DNA of 64,000 bases. Source: Octopus sinensis. Taxonomy: Eukaryota. The DNA lies in contig NC_043004.1 in the NCBI RefSeq assembly GCF_006345805.1, forward strand, positions 3,224,001 through 3,288,000. Reading direction: 5' to 3'. Position 1 is the stretch's first letter. Every line of letters starts with the position of its first letter. The notes under the pieces are model-generated. The model did no database searches, was not told the DNA's origin, and worked only from the letters and a program-made list of their open reading frames with translations. The position numbers were made by a program, and so were the translations under genes. Positions 26,891-39,955 of this stretch are shown here, in pieces.

Positions 26891-27352
26891 GTTTTAACCA
26901 CCAACCCCCTTCTCTTTATTACATGGAAAAAGCATCGTTCTACTTCATTTTTATAGTAATTAAATTGGTTTTTAAAAAAAATTAAAATCCCAAACAATCT
27001 GTTTAAATGAGTTCTTTGTTGAATTTATAACTTTTTTAGATCAGGCTTCAAATTGCTGAAGCAAAGCAGGAGAATATCAATTTCAAAAGATTTTTAAATG
27101 TGCGTTAGTGATATAAACGCATTAAATACTAGCAAGTCGACGAATATCAGGACAGGAATAAGGGGTTTTATTTTATCAAGCCAATAACAAATACAACAGC
27201 AGCAACAATAACGACAGCAATAATAACAACAATAAAAATATTTAATGATTTTTGAACGATCAATTTATCTATCTACCCACTGATGTAGCAAATAAACTTG
27301 CATCTTCTTTTGATTCCGGACTCCCTCTCTCTCTCTTACTTCCTCTTTCTCT

Positions 27353-27406
<54 letters not shown>

Positions 27407-27649
27407 CTACTGCATACTTTATCTGTCTATGCATTTTGCAATCTATTTCTTTATCAAGCTATCTATTCTCGCAGCCTATCTAATCGCCTATCTATCTATT
27501 CCTATGTGTGTATGTGTGTGTGTGTGTTGTGTGTGTGTGTGTGTGCATATGTGTGTGTCAGTGTGTGTGAATGTACGTATGGATGTATATATGTATATAT
27601 AATATGTGTATATGTATATATATATATATACGTATGTATATATGTATGC

Positions 27650-27694
<45 letters not shown>

Positions 27695-28161
27695 AAGAGG
27701 TATATATATACACACACAAACTCACACATATATATACATATATATTTATGCATCTATGTATGTAGATATGTATCTATATCCATCTATCTGTCTATCTATC
27801 TATCTATCTATCTATCTATATGTCTATCTATCTATCTAACCTTCCATCTATCTATACACACACACACACACATGGATTTATCAATCTGCCAATTTATGTA
27901 TATTAGGCGCGCATCTCTTATAATTTAACCGCCTCCTCTTATATGCATGTGCCAAGGTATGAGCGACCCCGAGTGGCTGAGTATGGACATAAGGAAAGAA
28001 GGCGTGTGGAGGGGGGCACACATGAAGGGAGGTGGAAAGAGAAAGATGTGTTGCGTGTGGCAGAGGTTGATGGAGGTAGAAATACGGAACCGCGACACTG
28101 AGTACATACGATCATTTATCATACATGTAGGTAGGTAGGTTGGTAGGTAGGTAGGTAGCTT

Positions 28162-28245
<84 letters not shown>

Positions 28246-28584
28246 TATAGATAGATGAATTACGGACATAGACATAGAGACAGACAAGCAGAAAATCAAA
28301 TTCCTGCACGCACCCGTTTCTAAATTAATCAGCCGATCTATATTTTGCCCCTAACCACCCCTCATTTTATATATAACCACCCGTGTTTTATGTGGCCATT
28401 TCTTCAGTTCATCTTTCAGCCCCGCTAACCATTCCTTTCGTGAGATTCGATGGTTCCATATTTAACCACTTCCCTCTCTTAAACTTACTTTGTCTCAACT
28501 TTTCTACAAATAAAACTCCTTCTCCAGAAATGGAAGGGATTGTTCGTCGGGTGAGCATTCTGTATGCATAATTGTTTCTACGAT

Positions 28585-28785
28585 AGACCCAAAGCCTGAA
28601 ATTTAAGGGAAAGGACCCAGTAGATTTCATTGACCCCAGGACTGATTTTGGTAATTAGTCTATTGACTCCGAATTGATGAAGGACAAAGTTGATTTCGAT
28701 AGGGTTTGAGCTCAGAAAGTAAAACCGGAAGAAATGCCGCTAAGTATTTAGTCCGGCGTGTTAGCATTTCTGCAAGCTCTCCACA
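28585..28785 (-). mobile_element. Old SINE family A copy
   Basis: Degenerate core and head. Confidence 0.65.
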
Positions 28786-28973
28786 TGAATTTTCTTTGCA
28801 TAACAAAAGCAAACTGAACCGTCAAAAAATGGTTTGATGCGGACCACAGTACAAGAAGAATAACGATACAAATATACTTCTATACAAGCATACATACATA
28901 CATACATACATACATACATACATACATACATACATACATACATACATACATACATACATACATACATACATAC

Positions 28974-29733
28974 AAAAGGAGAATACCTGCGCTGAATTAT
29001 TGAGAAATCTGCAGCGAGTTAGTTATCCAGATTAGAAGTTCAGATTCATACTTGTAATTAACGGGGCCCTGGGATATGTAACACACTGCCTAAATACCAA
29101 TTTTGAGAAAATAGGCATTACAAAATCAGAAAGGGGAAAGCTAATTCGAAGGCTACAGATCCGGTCCATCACTGGAACTGTAAAAATCTGTAAATCTTTC
29201 AGAAGTTTATCATTTAAATATATATGAGCATGTTTAGATATGCAACTATATGCATGAGAATACATACATAAATCAAAACATACAAATCTGCTCATGCATG
29301 CATACATGCATACATACATACATACATACATACATACATACATACATACATACATACATACATACATACATACATACATACATACATTATGGCTGCTCCC
29401 TCGCTATCGAGTATGGCCATTGCACGAAGCTTAACTGTTACTGATGCTGTGATCGAATGTGACTTTTTAGCCCAGCTAAAGATCTACAATGTCTTGTACA
29501 GAATTGGCAACTAATACCTTTACCGGTAATAGCCGGCTGTAGTTGTAACATACATACATACATACATACATACATACATACATACATACATACATACATA
29601 CACACATACATACATACATACAAAACTACACTGCTGTTGGTGTTGTTGAAATTGGAATGAAGGAACCTCGGATCTAGATTAGAAACCGGTTCTTTCTCTA
29701 TTGGCAACAAATCTTGAAATAAACTGAATAACG
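28974..29733 (+). mobile_element. 5'-truncated R4/Dong-like non-LTR retrotransposon 3' end, copy 2, in (CATA)n
   Basis: KENTCAELLRNLQ..YPD*KFRFILVINGALGYV..EKIG..KLIRRLQIRSITGTVKICK resembles a restriction-like endonuclease C-terminus (K..KY..L ... PVIIGALG). Confidence 0.75.
29388..29548 (-). mobile_element. RTE LINE 3' end nested in the internal CATA array
   Basis: CQFCTRHCRSLAGLKSHIRSQH* C2H2 finger followed by an RTE-type tail GGCCATACTCGATAGCGAGGGAGCAGCCA. Confidence 0.75.
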
Positions 29734-29934
29734 ACATACATACATACATACAGACATACATACATACATACATACATTCATACATACATACATACATACA
29801 TACATACATACATACATACATAAATACAAACATACATACATACATACATACATACATAATACATACGTACATGAATAAATACAAACATAAATACATACGT
29901 ACATACATACAAACATACACACATACATACATAA

Positions 29935-29966
<32 letters not shown>

Positions 29967-29995
29967 CACATGCATACATACATACATACATACAT

Positions 29996-30026
<31 letters not shown>

Positions 30027-30146
30027 TACAAACATACATACATAATACATACATACATACATACATACAAACATACATACATAATACATACATAAATACA
30101 TACATAATACATACATACATAATACATACATACATACATACATACA

Positions 30147-30178
<32 letters not shown>

Positions 30179-30966
30179 CCATCTACAAACCCCCAAAAGT
30201 CGAAGTCCTGCTATAGGTCAGGCCCGCTATAGATCATGTCGATAACGACATGGGTGTTGGAGTGGCGCTTTTCAGTTAGTGTTTCCTGGCTGATGACCCA
30301 CGATACACAGAGCAATTACACAAACTTTACTGCAACAAGTCATCAGATGAGAGGCTGCATACACTCGTACACCAGGTAAAAAGTAATGCATGACTACATA
30401 TTTTTGCAACGTTGACAACCAAAATATTGGGCACTGGATTGACATCCGGGATATTAGCTCTCACTCTGCAGATAATACTTTTGCAATACAGGAGCAGTAA
30501 ATACCACAAAATATCAGGTTTCGAAAGGGTGTGCGGATTCAGGTAAAGGACCTTGATGCGCGAATCGATGCAGGCTTTGTAGAATTAACTGAGAAATCAA
30601 ATACATCATATGGAGCCGCCCTCGAATCACATTATTATCAAGTATGATATCGTGTTTAGAACGTTATATAATGAAATTGGTTAAAAGGATAATTCTGTGG
30701 AGGGCATAATCACGGACAATTCCAAACGAACAATACTGGTGGAATGTCCTTGCCAAGCCTTCAATGAAATATGATCGCAGCTGACCAGACGTTATGTTGC
30801 GGGACAGAGAGCGAGAGAGAGGGAGAATAAATTTATGCATGCTAGTTTAAAACAGTTGCCCAGGATATATCATCATAGTGATAAGTGAAAAACACAACAC
30901 CAGGTGTGAAAACGATGAAAAATCTGCATATACACCATTTTGACTATAAATTTAGATTTTTAGCAA

Positions 30967-31150
30967 GGCGGCGAGCTGGCAGAAACGTTAGCACGCCGGG
31001 CGAAATGCTTACTGCCGCTACGTTCTGAGTTCAAATTCCGCCGAGGTCGACTTCGCTTTTCAATCTTTTTGAGGTCGATAAAATAAGTACCAGTTGAACA
31101 GAGGAGTTGATGCAATCGTTTTATTCTCTCACCCAAAATTTCTAACCAGC
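30967..31150 (+). mobile_element. SINE family A monomer
   Basis: GGCGGCGAGCTGGCAGAAACGTTAGCACGCCGGGCGAAATGC head plus core. Confidence 0.9.
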
Positions 31151-33471
31151 ATTTCATAAAGCATTTTATTATGAATATCGATATTGGTTATAAATTAGTA
31201 ATCGATCAATGATCAGCTTATCGCAATTTTCAGAGTGAGAGTAATAAAGCTTTTGAGTGCGACTCGAGCAGAACAAATGCTATAAAGTACTTTTGATCGA
31301 CGCACCAGTTTATCACCAGTTTTTTCCGTGTTGTGTAAAATGTTTGCTTCCATACACAGACATGCACACATAAATACACACACACACACACACATGCACA
31401 CACACAGAGGGGCAGTGCTCACTTCCGGTTTTTCTGACATACGTTATGCAGATATGAGGGAAATAGCAATGGGATAAAACGCTAGCCTAAGAAAGATCGT
31501 CTCCTTCAGCGTGTGGAAGGGAAGTGTGGAAAAAGAAGCAAAGAGGGGCATAGGGGCAGAAGGGGTCACGAGCAGGATTTAGAGCCGCAAGTAAAAGACG
31601 CGTCACAAGGGCTTTGATAGTGCTTCTACTTACCTCCACGGGTAAGTTAAGGCAGCGTTCCTATCTATAAATCAATGAAGGGGGCCACCAAATACGAAAG
31701 GCGTTTTTTTTACCCAGTGAGAAATAGATGCGAAATTAACCTCACACCACACCCTACTGTCTTTTAAAAAATACAATACCTTGGGTAATGTACGCAAAGA
31801 GACGGGATGCTCACGGTCGGAACGCCTTTGACCATAGCTCTTTAGTCACTCAGGAATGGTCTGGAGGTAAAATACAACTTAAGGCAAGTTGTTGTTATTG
31901 TTGTTGTTTCGGCCAGTTTCATTTCTTGATTAGTAAGCTTACAATGAAAGGCATTCAGTCTTTGACCAACTCATCGTTTCTTTTTTTACTTCTGACCCAA
32001 AGCCTCAAAGACCGCAAAAAATTTAATTACGGTAAGGTTTTGGTTTGAGGGGGGGGGAGATTTATGCAGCCAATGGAGACGTTGCACTCTTTATATTGTT
32101 AACTCAGGTGTCCGGCACTAAAAACCACACTGCGCTGCTGACAGTATGCGGACCGTCGCCGCCCAATGACGTGGTTACCTGCTTACCTGCTTACTAATTC
32201 GATCTTCCATGTGTTCTTCCCTTGATTTCGCTTATAAATTATTTATTACATTCACATAGCAAATCAAATGAAACTTCAAATACCAATTCTTTCTACTTGA
32301 TCAATCGCAATCAGCAGAATTATCGAAATCCTTTCCTTGCAATCATGATGCATATTCTATGAATTTCTAATATAAGCACAAGACCCCCCCCCCCACCATT
32401 TTGTTTTTGTAGTTGTAAATGGTGGTGGTGGCGGTGGTGGCGGTGGTGGTGGTGGTGGTTGTGGTGGTAGATGTCTGTGTATGTGTGTTTGAGGAGGGGT
32501 ATCCTCAAAGCAACTACATCAGGTTTATAAATGTCGTTCCCGACAATATTTAAAGGAAAGAAAAAAACAAATAAGGAACTTGCTAAAAACCGATGTCGAG
32601 TTATGGGTTGGCAGAACAGTTAGAGCAGAGGATTAGAAAACTTGCGATGCTTGTTCCGGTTTTCTGTGTTCGGAGTATTTTCTTTCTTTTTTTTTTTTTT
32701 CGGCGGGAGAGGATTGAAACAGGACATTTTGGTCCGTGGACACCTTCAGGCCAAATCTCCGGCATTGGATGACTTCCACCCAGCAAAACGAAACGCTTAC
32801 GTGTACCACTCATGCCTTCCCAACCGAACGATAAAATATATAATCTGAAGACAATTTTTCTGCGATTCTACCGTTTCTACCGTTTCTACTGCCTCATCGC
32901 TTCCAACTTTATGCAATTAGCATAATTTAAAGTCTACTTATTCTCATAAATCCTTATAATATTCTAGCAGAAAGCCAAACATATATATCAATGATGTAGA
33001 CATGTTAATATCTTTCAAACTTTATACAATCTTAATAAATCTACAAACAACTTGTTGTGTGCAAATGTTTACATTATTTGATTCCAAGAAACTTCCTTTT
33101 GTCATATGTTTGACTGCACTTATGTGAAATCAGCTGGAGTGATCAGAGATGGAACTGGTGATAGCTTATCCCTAACGGGATGTAACCTTGCCTAAGGTAG
33201 TGTTGTTGCAAACGACTCGTGTTGTATTCACCAGATAGTGAATGATTGATTAAAATCTTAAGAAAACCAAATTGATTCAGGTGAACAATGATACGCAAAT
33301 GATAGACAGGAAAGTTAAAGATTCTTTCCTTGTGTAGTTCAAAACCTATCAGTATGTGTCTCTTAGGACAATGGTGGGAAAAAACTTTTCCCTCATATGG
33401 TGCCAGCTTACTTTGAACATGGTTTCAAGAATGTAACATCCGTCTCTGTGGGGAATTACAAGAAGATGAAC

Positions 33472-33583
33472 AAGAAGAAGAAGAAGAAGAAGAAGAAGAA
33501 GAAGAAGAAGAAGAAGAAGAAGAAGAAGAAGAAGAAGAAGAAGAAGAAGAAGAAGAAGAAGAAGAAGAAGAAGAAGAAGAAGA
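33472..33583. repeat. Pure (GAA)n tract
   Basis: About 37 uninterrupted units. Confidence 0.95.
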
Positions 33584-34737
33584 ATCCAAACGTGTTTTTT
33601 GTTTTGTTTTTTTTTTGCAAGTAGTCAAATATTTAAAAAGGAAACAGGAATACATTCGAAGAGTTTTCTTTATTCTCTCTCTTTCTGCTTAGTTTTTCAT
33701 TATTCTCTCTCTCCCTCTCTCTCTCCTCTCTCTCTCTCTCGCTCTCACTTTCTCTCTATCTCTGCATGTATATATACATATACACATATACAAATATATA
33801 TATATATATATATGTATATATATGTACACACACATACATATATTTGTATATAATTATGTACACACACATATATATGTGTGTGTGTGTGTGTGTATATAAA
33901 GGCTATAACATATATCTGTGTCTCTATTTCTCTATCTCATTAATTCCTAGAAATTTGCGTATGCCCCAGTGAGAAACGGTAAATCAGAGACAAATAAGGA
34001 AAGAGAAATGTATGTTGTTCTGAGAATCTCTTCTTTAAAAAAAATGCATTGAATAAAATAAATGTGAACAGATTTTTCCCAACTTTTGTCTTCAGATGTT
34101 GAAAGCAGATTGAATCTTAAACATTTAGACGACTTTCATAATAAAAAAAAGTTTGTTGCGCGGGGACTGGTTTGTATTTTCGTTGTTTAGCTTTTGTTTT
34201 TAATTGTGATTTGACATAAAGTTGCTAAATTTTACGAGTGGATAAATATATTGGGTCAAGTTTCACATGTAAAATCTGCTCTTTAATTATGTTCACCAGC
34301 AGGATGTAGGGTCAGACGAGCTAACGACGGATTGTCAATATATGTTTCATTAAACTGGTATGCTAGAAATAGCAGGGAAATCTCCCTTAAATGGGAACTA
34401 ACGATCTTTAAAGAAATGGTCTCTTTCGATTGTTTCAAGGGTGGAACAATGTGAGTGGTGGGTGAGAAAAAAGGGACAGATGGTTACATATGGAATACTT
34501 TGGATCATAGGCCTGTTCATTCAGGGCTGACCTGGGACTTGAACAACAATAATTTCAATTTTAGGGACAAAACGCAAGAGGGTGGAGGTGGTCATTGGGA
34601 AATCTTTTTATAAGAATTCATATCTAACAAGTCTAAAAATGTGATGTATAACCGTTTATTAAAGAGTTGATGCAATGGCATCGACTGTAACAAAGTGGTC
34701 AGAAGGTGTGGGCCAATGGGTAGAATTGCCGCATGTA

Positions 34738-34918
34738 ATATCGGTTTCAAATTTTGGCAGCAGCAATTTCGGGAGAGAAGCAAGTCGATTACATCGACCC
34801 CAGTACTCAACTGGTACTTATTTTACAGACCCCGAAGCGATTAACGGCAAAGTCCACCTCGTTGGAATTTGAACTCGTGACGGACGAAACGCCAGCGTTT
34901 CTGCCAGCTCGCCGCCTT
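34738..34918 (-). mobile_element. SINE family A monomer
   Basis: Core and head motifs. Confidence 0.8.
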
Positions 34919-35473
34919 TCGTTTTCTGCATGCAATATCGGTGGTTCAAACCCTGTTCGTCTACAATGTCCAACCTTAAACCACTTGACTCTCACTGACA
35001 AGAATACTTCGATGTAAATATGGAGCACAAGGCCTTATGGTGTCTTTTCTGACCAACAAACCAATGGAGGAAGATTTATATGGTGATGCGAGTAGTTACA
35101 AGTATCACCCACATCCTTATAGTTTTACAAAGCCGAGATCTGTTGCACATTGGAAAGAAGATGAGGCGATCGCAGTTGGAAGGAACTTTTGTAATCACTG
35201 ACAGTGGTCGGATTCTTTTTGTGTCATTGTAAATTCAATATATGGAATCGACTCAGCTGACATTGTGTAAACATCGCAATAAACCCAAGTAGGTTATGAG
35301 GCCCTTGTAAGTAATTCGTACATCAGAACACTACAAATAACAATGAAAATTGTTTGAGCAGATTCTAAAGCCACAAGTCTTTTGTGAAACTTACAGCAAC
35401 TAAAACTATATCAGTGGGATGCAAGTGAAGTTATTCTGAGCAGAAAGCTGCAATGGAGAATAAGGATAGTGAA

Positions 35474-36006
35474 GGCGCAATGGCCCAGTGATTAGGGTAG
35501 CGGACACGCGGTCGTAGGATAGCGGTTTCGATACCTAGACAGAGCGTTGTGAGTGTTTATTGAGCCAAAACACCTAAAGCTTCACGAGGCTCTGGCAGGG
35601 GGTGGTAGTGAACCCTGCCGTACTCTTTCACCACAACTTTCTCTCACTCTTTCTTCCTGTTTCTGTTGTACCTGTATTTCGAAAGGGGCCAGCCTTGTCA
35701 CACTCCGTGTCACGCTGAATCTCCCCGAGGACTACGTTAAGGGTATACGTGTCTGTGGAGTGCTCAGCCTCTTGCACGTGAATAAAGACCGTCGTAAATG
35801 TGTGTATGTGTGTTTGTGTCTGTTCCTCCCCACCTCGCTTGACAACAAGCATAGGTGTGTTAACGCTCCCATGTTGTAGCGGTTCGGCAAAGAGACCGAC
35901 AGAATATGAACCACGTTTTAAAAAATGTTTTGGGTCGTTTCCTTCGACTAAAACTTTTCAAGGTAGTGCCCCAGCATGACCGCAGTCTAACGACTGAAAC
36001 AAGTTA
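35474..36006 (+). mobile_element. Chimeric SINE: family D 5' part joined to family B (CORE-type) 3' part
   Basis: 35474-~35785 matches 55531-55911. ~35790-36006 matches the 3' half of 41980-42395 (TAGCGGTTCGGCAAAGAGACCGA..CCAGCATG.CCGCAGTC..GACTGAAACAAGT). Confidence 0.8.
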
Positions 36007-36024
36007 AGGCATATGTACATACAT

Positions 36025-36590
36025 ATGGGTTTTAAATTTTGATATGAAGTCAGCAATTTTGAGGGAAGAGAGAAGGGGATTTCCTCCACCCCAGTGTTCA
36101 GCTGGTATTTCTTTCATCGTCCACAAATGGATGAAACGCAGAGTTGACCTCGGCGAAATTTGAACTTAGAACATAACGCCGGACGAAATACCTATTTCTT
36201 TACTACCCACAAAGGGCTAAACACAGAGGAGACAAACAAGGACAGACAAACGGATTAAGTAGATTATATCGACCCCAGTACGTAACTGGTACTTATTTAA
36301 TCGACCCCGAAAGGATGAAAGACAAAGTCGACCTCGGCGGAATTTGAACTCAGAATGTAGCGGCAAACGAAATACCTGTTTCTTTACTACCCACAAGGGG
36401 CTAAATACAGAGAGGACAAACAAGGATAGACAAACGGATTAAGTCGATTGCATCGACCCCAGTGCGTAACTGGTACTTAGTTTATCTACCCCGAAAGGAT
36501 GAAAGGTAAAGTCGACCCGACGGAATTTGAACTCAGAACGCAGGGGCAGACGAAATACCGCTAAGCAAATTGTTCAAAATGCTAACGATA
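36025..36590 (-). mobile_element. SINE family A multimer
   Basis: Three core units, junctions GAAATACCT(A/G)TTTC at 36185 and 36369. Confidence 0.9.
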
Positions 36591-37042
36591 CACATAATTA
36601 TTTTTCTCCTGCTCCATTAAACGCTTTAGTCATGATTATATAAATCTAATTATAAATGCTGATAATCTATTCACACAAATATTATTTTTGTTTGCAATAG
36701 ACTCAGCGCTCTACAAGTGACTCTCACTAATTCCGAAGCTAATCTCCATATCCCCCATTAAAGCTGTGAATTGCAATAAACCTCCTTCTTTCGCTTTGTT
36801 ATATATCACCGTTTTAACATCGCTCCTGTTTCATGTCTCACACAAAACAGTGTTAAGATAACATCTCACCCCCACCACTCACTCCTTCCTACTTTCTTCT
36901 TTTTGCAACACAGCTTTATTTGTACTTCTCCTGGAATCGTACAATTTCTCTTTCTCTCTCTTCCCCCTCCTCCCCACCTCTCTCTCCTATATATCTATAT
37001 CTAGCTATCTATCTATCTATCTATCTATCCATATATATAATA

Positions 37043-37079
<37 letters not shown>

Positions 37080-37363
37080 ATATATATATATGTATATTAT
37101 ATCTTAGTTATATGACTTGATACTAATATTAGATGTGGAATATACTAAAATCGGTAAATAGATTAGTACAGACACAATACAAATATCTATCAATATATAT
37201 GCTTGTAGGTTGGCGCGCATGTATGTATCTCTTTGTCTGTCTGTCTGTCTCCTGCTCTCTCTCCTTCTTTCTCGTTCTTTCTCTCTGTCTCTCTACATAA
37301 TATAGATAGATAGACAGACAGACAGATAGACAGACAGACAGATAGACAGACAGACAGACAGAC

Positions 37364-37419
<56 letters not shown>

Positions 37420-37436
37420 AGATATTAGATAGATAG

Positions 37437-37503
<67 letters not shown>

Positions 37504-37507
<4 letters not shown>

Positions 37508-37592
37508 TGTCTAACCAGAAGCACATCGAGCTGGTCGGCGAGACACTGAGAGACTACGAAGCGGTGACAGGAGCGAAAATCAACCGGAAAAA
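37504..37592 (+). mobile_element. Tx1/L1-clade reverse transcriptase fragment inside (GATA)n
   Basis: IVSNQKHIELVGETLRDYEAVTGAKINRKK matches the post-YADD Y...SGAKIN..K motif. Confidence 0.75.
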
Positions 37593-37617
37593 ATAGATAG
37601 ATAGACAGATAGCTAGA

Positions 37618-37928
37618 TAATGTTTCTTTATTGGCCACATGAGTGAACACACAGGGGGCAAAATACAAAGTAGAGCTTTTCTTTTCTTTTTGGAAAGAAG
37701 AAAAGAAGAAGAAGAAGAAGAAGAAGAAGAAGAAGAAGAAGAAGAAGAAGAAGAGAAGAAGAAGAGAAGAAAAGAAGAAGAAAAGTAAAAGAAGAAGAAG
37801 AAGAAGAAGAAAAGAAGAAGACGAAGAAGAAGAAAAGAAAGACAAGGGCCGATCAATAGGGATCGTGTCTCACAAAATGTCAATGTAAAGGGGAAAACAG
37901 ATTAGGTTTATCCGTGGAAAGAAAAGCC
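37618..37928 (-). mobile_element. Probable Tx1/L1-type 3' UTR with an expanded (TTC)n tract
   Basis: Pyrimidine-rich stretch ending CCCCCTGTGTGTTCACTCATGTGGCCAATAAAGAAA; adjacent to the RT fragment. Confidence 0.5.
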
Positions 37929-38028
37929 NNNNNNNNNNNNNNNNNNNNNNNNNNNNNNNNNNNNNNNNNNNNNNNNNNNNNNNNNNNNNNNNNNNNNNNN
38001 NNNNNNNNNNNNNNNNNNNNNNNNNNNN
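37929..38028. other. Assembly gap (100 N)
   Basis: Run of N. Confidence 1.
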
Positions 38029-38920
38029 GAGACTACACACTGAGGGGACAAACAAAGACAGACAAACGGATTAAGTCGATTATATCGACCCCAGTGTGTA
38101 AATGGTACTTAATTTATCGACCCCGAAAGGATGAAAGGCAAAGTCGACACCGGTGGAATTTGAACTCAGAACGTAACGGCAGACGAAATGCTGCTAAGCA
38201 TTTCGCCCGGCGTGCTACCGTTTCTGCCAGCTCGCCGCCTGACGAAATAATCTTTTCTACTCTAGGCACAAGGCCCGAAATTTTTGAGGAGGGGCCAGTC
38301 GATGACGTCGACCCCAGTACACAACTGGTATTTAATTTATCGACCCCGAAAGGATGAAAGACCATGTCAACTTCGGCGGAATTTGAACTCAGAACGTAAA
38401 GATAGACGAAATACCTATTTCTTTACTACCCACAAGGGGCTAAACACAGAGGGGACAAACAAGGACACACAAACGGATTAAGTTGATTATATCGACCCCA
38501 GTGCGTAGATGGTACTTAATTTATCGACCCCGAAAGGATGAAAGGCAAAGTCGACACCGGCGGAATTTGAACTCAGATCGTAACGGCAGACGAAATACGG
38601 CTAAGCATTTCGCCCGGCGTGCTAACGTTTCTGCCAGCTCGCCGCCTGACGAAATAATACTGTAGATTATTTCAGTTGACAAATTTGTACGAGATATCGA
38701 CTTCAGGTTTTGGCATGAGGTCAGCAATTTCAGGGCAGATTGTAAATTGATTATATCGACCCCCCCAGTACTCAACTGGTACTTATTTAATCGACTACGA
38801 AAGGGGTGAAGGGCAAAGTCAACCGCGCCAGAATTTTAACTTAGAACGTCAACACAGACGAAATGCCGCTAAGCATTTTGCACGGCAACTTAGCGATTCT
38901 GCCAGCTCACCTCCTTCAAA
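38029..38920 (-). mobile_element. Cluster of SINE family A copies and multimers
   Basis: Four core units, three heads, junction at 38408. Confidence 0.9.
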
Positions 38921-39019
38921 TTTGTACAAGATAACAAAATGCTAACATATGTCGACAAAAACAAGCAAAAACAACCTATGTGCATTTTTGCCAGTGTATT
39001 CATTGTATGAATGTGTGTG

Positions 39020-39058
<39 letters not shown>

Positions 39059-39126
39059 CCGCGTGTGTATCGTTGACGATTTTCTTTCTCCCTCTTTCCT
39101 TCCTTGGACTTTTCCTTTTTTTATAT

Positions 39127-39161
39127 GTTTCTGACGTAGAGCTCCGCTCGAAACGTTAAAT
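39127..39161 (+). ncRNA. Minimal type I hammerhead ribozyme (one core substitution)
   Basis: GUUU-CUGACGU-A-GAGC(ucc)GCUC-GAAA-CGUU|AAAU. The downstream ~100 nt is homologous to the 45258-45356 module. Confidence 0.75.
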
Positions 39162-39259
39162 CCTCCTTCTTTCTTCCCTTTCCTGAGCGTCCAATAACAC
39201 TATACTTGTTCCACGTCCTCGCGTTGTTCTGTTTTCTCTTTGTTCATGATTGGATTAAC

Positions 39260-39290
<31 letters not shown>

Positions 39291-39380
39291 TATATATAAT
39301 ATATATGTATATGTAATACTCTGTGGACTAAGATCTCTGTCGACAGGCCGCTGTACATCTATATATATATATATATATAT

Positions 39381-39546
39381 GCAACTTCTAAACAAGGGCT
39401 AAGGGAAAAAATTCTAATGCCAAATATGCCCACTTACTTCGAGGCACGTGCTTATAGTGATGAATTATATAGTTATTGACGATTTAAGTATATTTTCGGC
39501 ATATTTGGCATTAGAATTTTTTTCTTTTGCCCTTGTTTATAGTTGT
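39381..39546. repeat. ~50-bp inverted repeat (foldback) between TA arrays
   Basis: 39381-39430 versus 39498-39546 (AAAAAATTCTAATGCCAAATATGCC / GGCATATTTGGCATTAGAATTTTTT). Confidence 0.9.
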
Positions 39547-39619
39547 TTATAAATTTAACCTTTAAAGGTATTTTTTAATATGCTGGCCATTGATAGAATT
39601 TTTTTCGAAAACTCTTATC

Positions 39620-39691
<72 letters not shown>

Positions 39692-39699
39692 GTGTGTAT

Positions 39700-39955
39700 A
39701 AAGAACAACGATTATAGTGTTGAGTGAATAAAGATAGATCAGTCAACGGTCTGTCATTCATATTTTAATCAAATCAATATACAAATGTGCGATACAATTG
39801 CGTGATATACATGAACGGAAGACTTTTGAAATATTGTAACGAACTTTCATTTATTTTCGGTAAATTTATGAAGTCATTACAGGGAAATAGGAAAAAAACT
39901 AACATTAGGATTTATTATCCCGGTTATAAAGTTGTTGTAGGCCACTCAATGTGTG
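39700..39955 (+). repeat. Unclassified dispersed repeat, copy 1
   Basis: Colinear similarity with 54882-55116; both end in CAATGTGTG followed by TG-rich repeats. Confidence 0.85.

Noticed and set aside
21563-29733. Segmental duplication
   Set aside because: The shared sequence is limited to a retroelement 3' end with different 5' truncations.
30180-30800. Complex, coding-like sequence
   Set aside because: Frames interrupted by stops; no family recognised.
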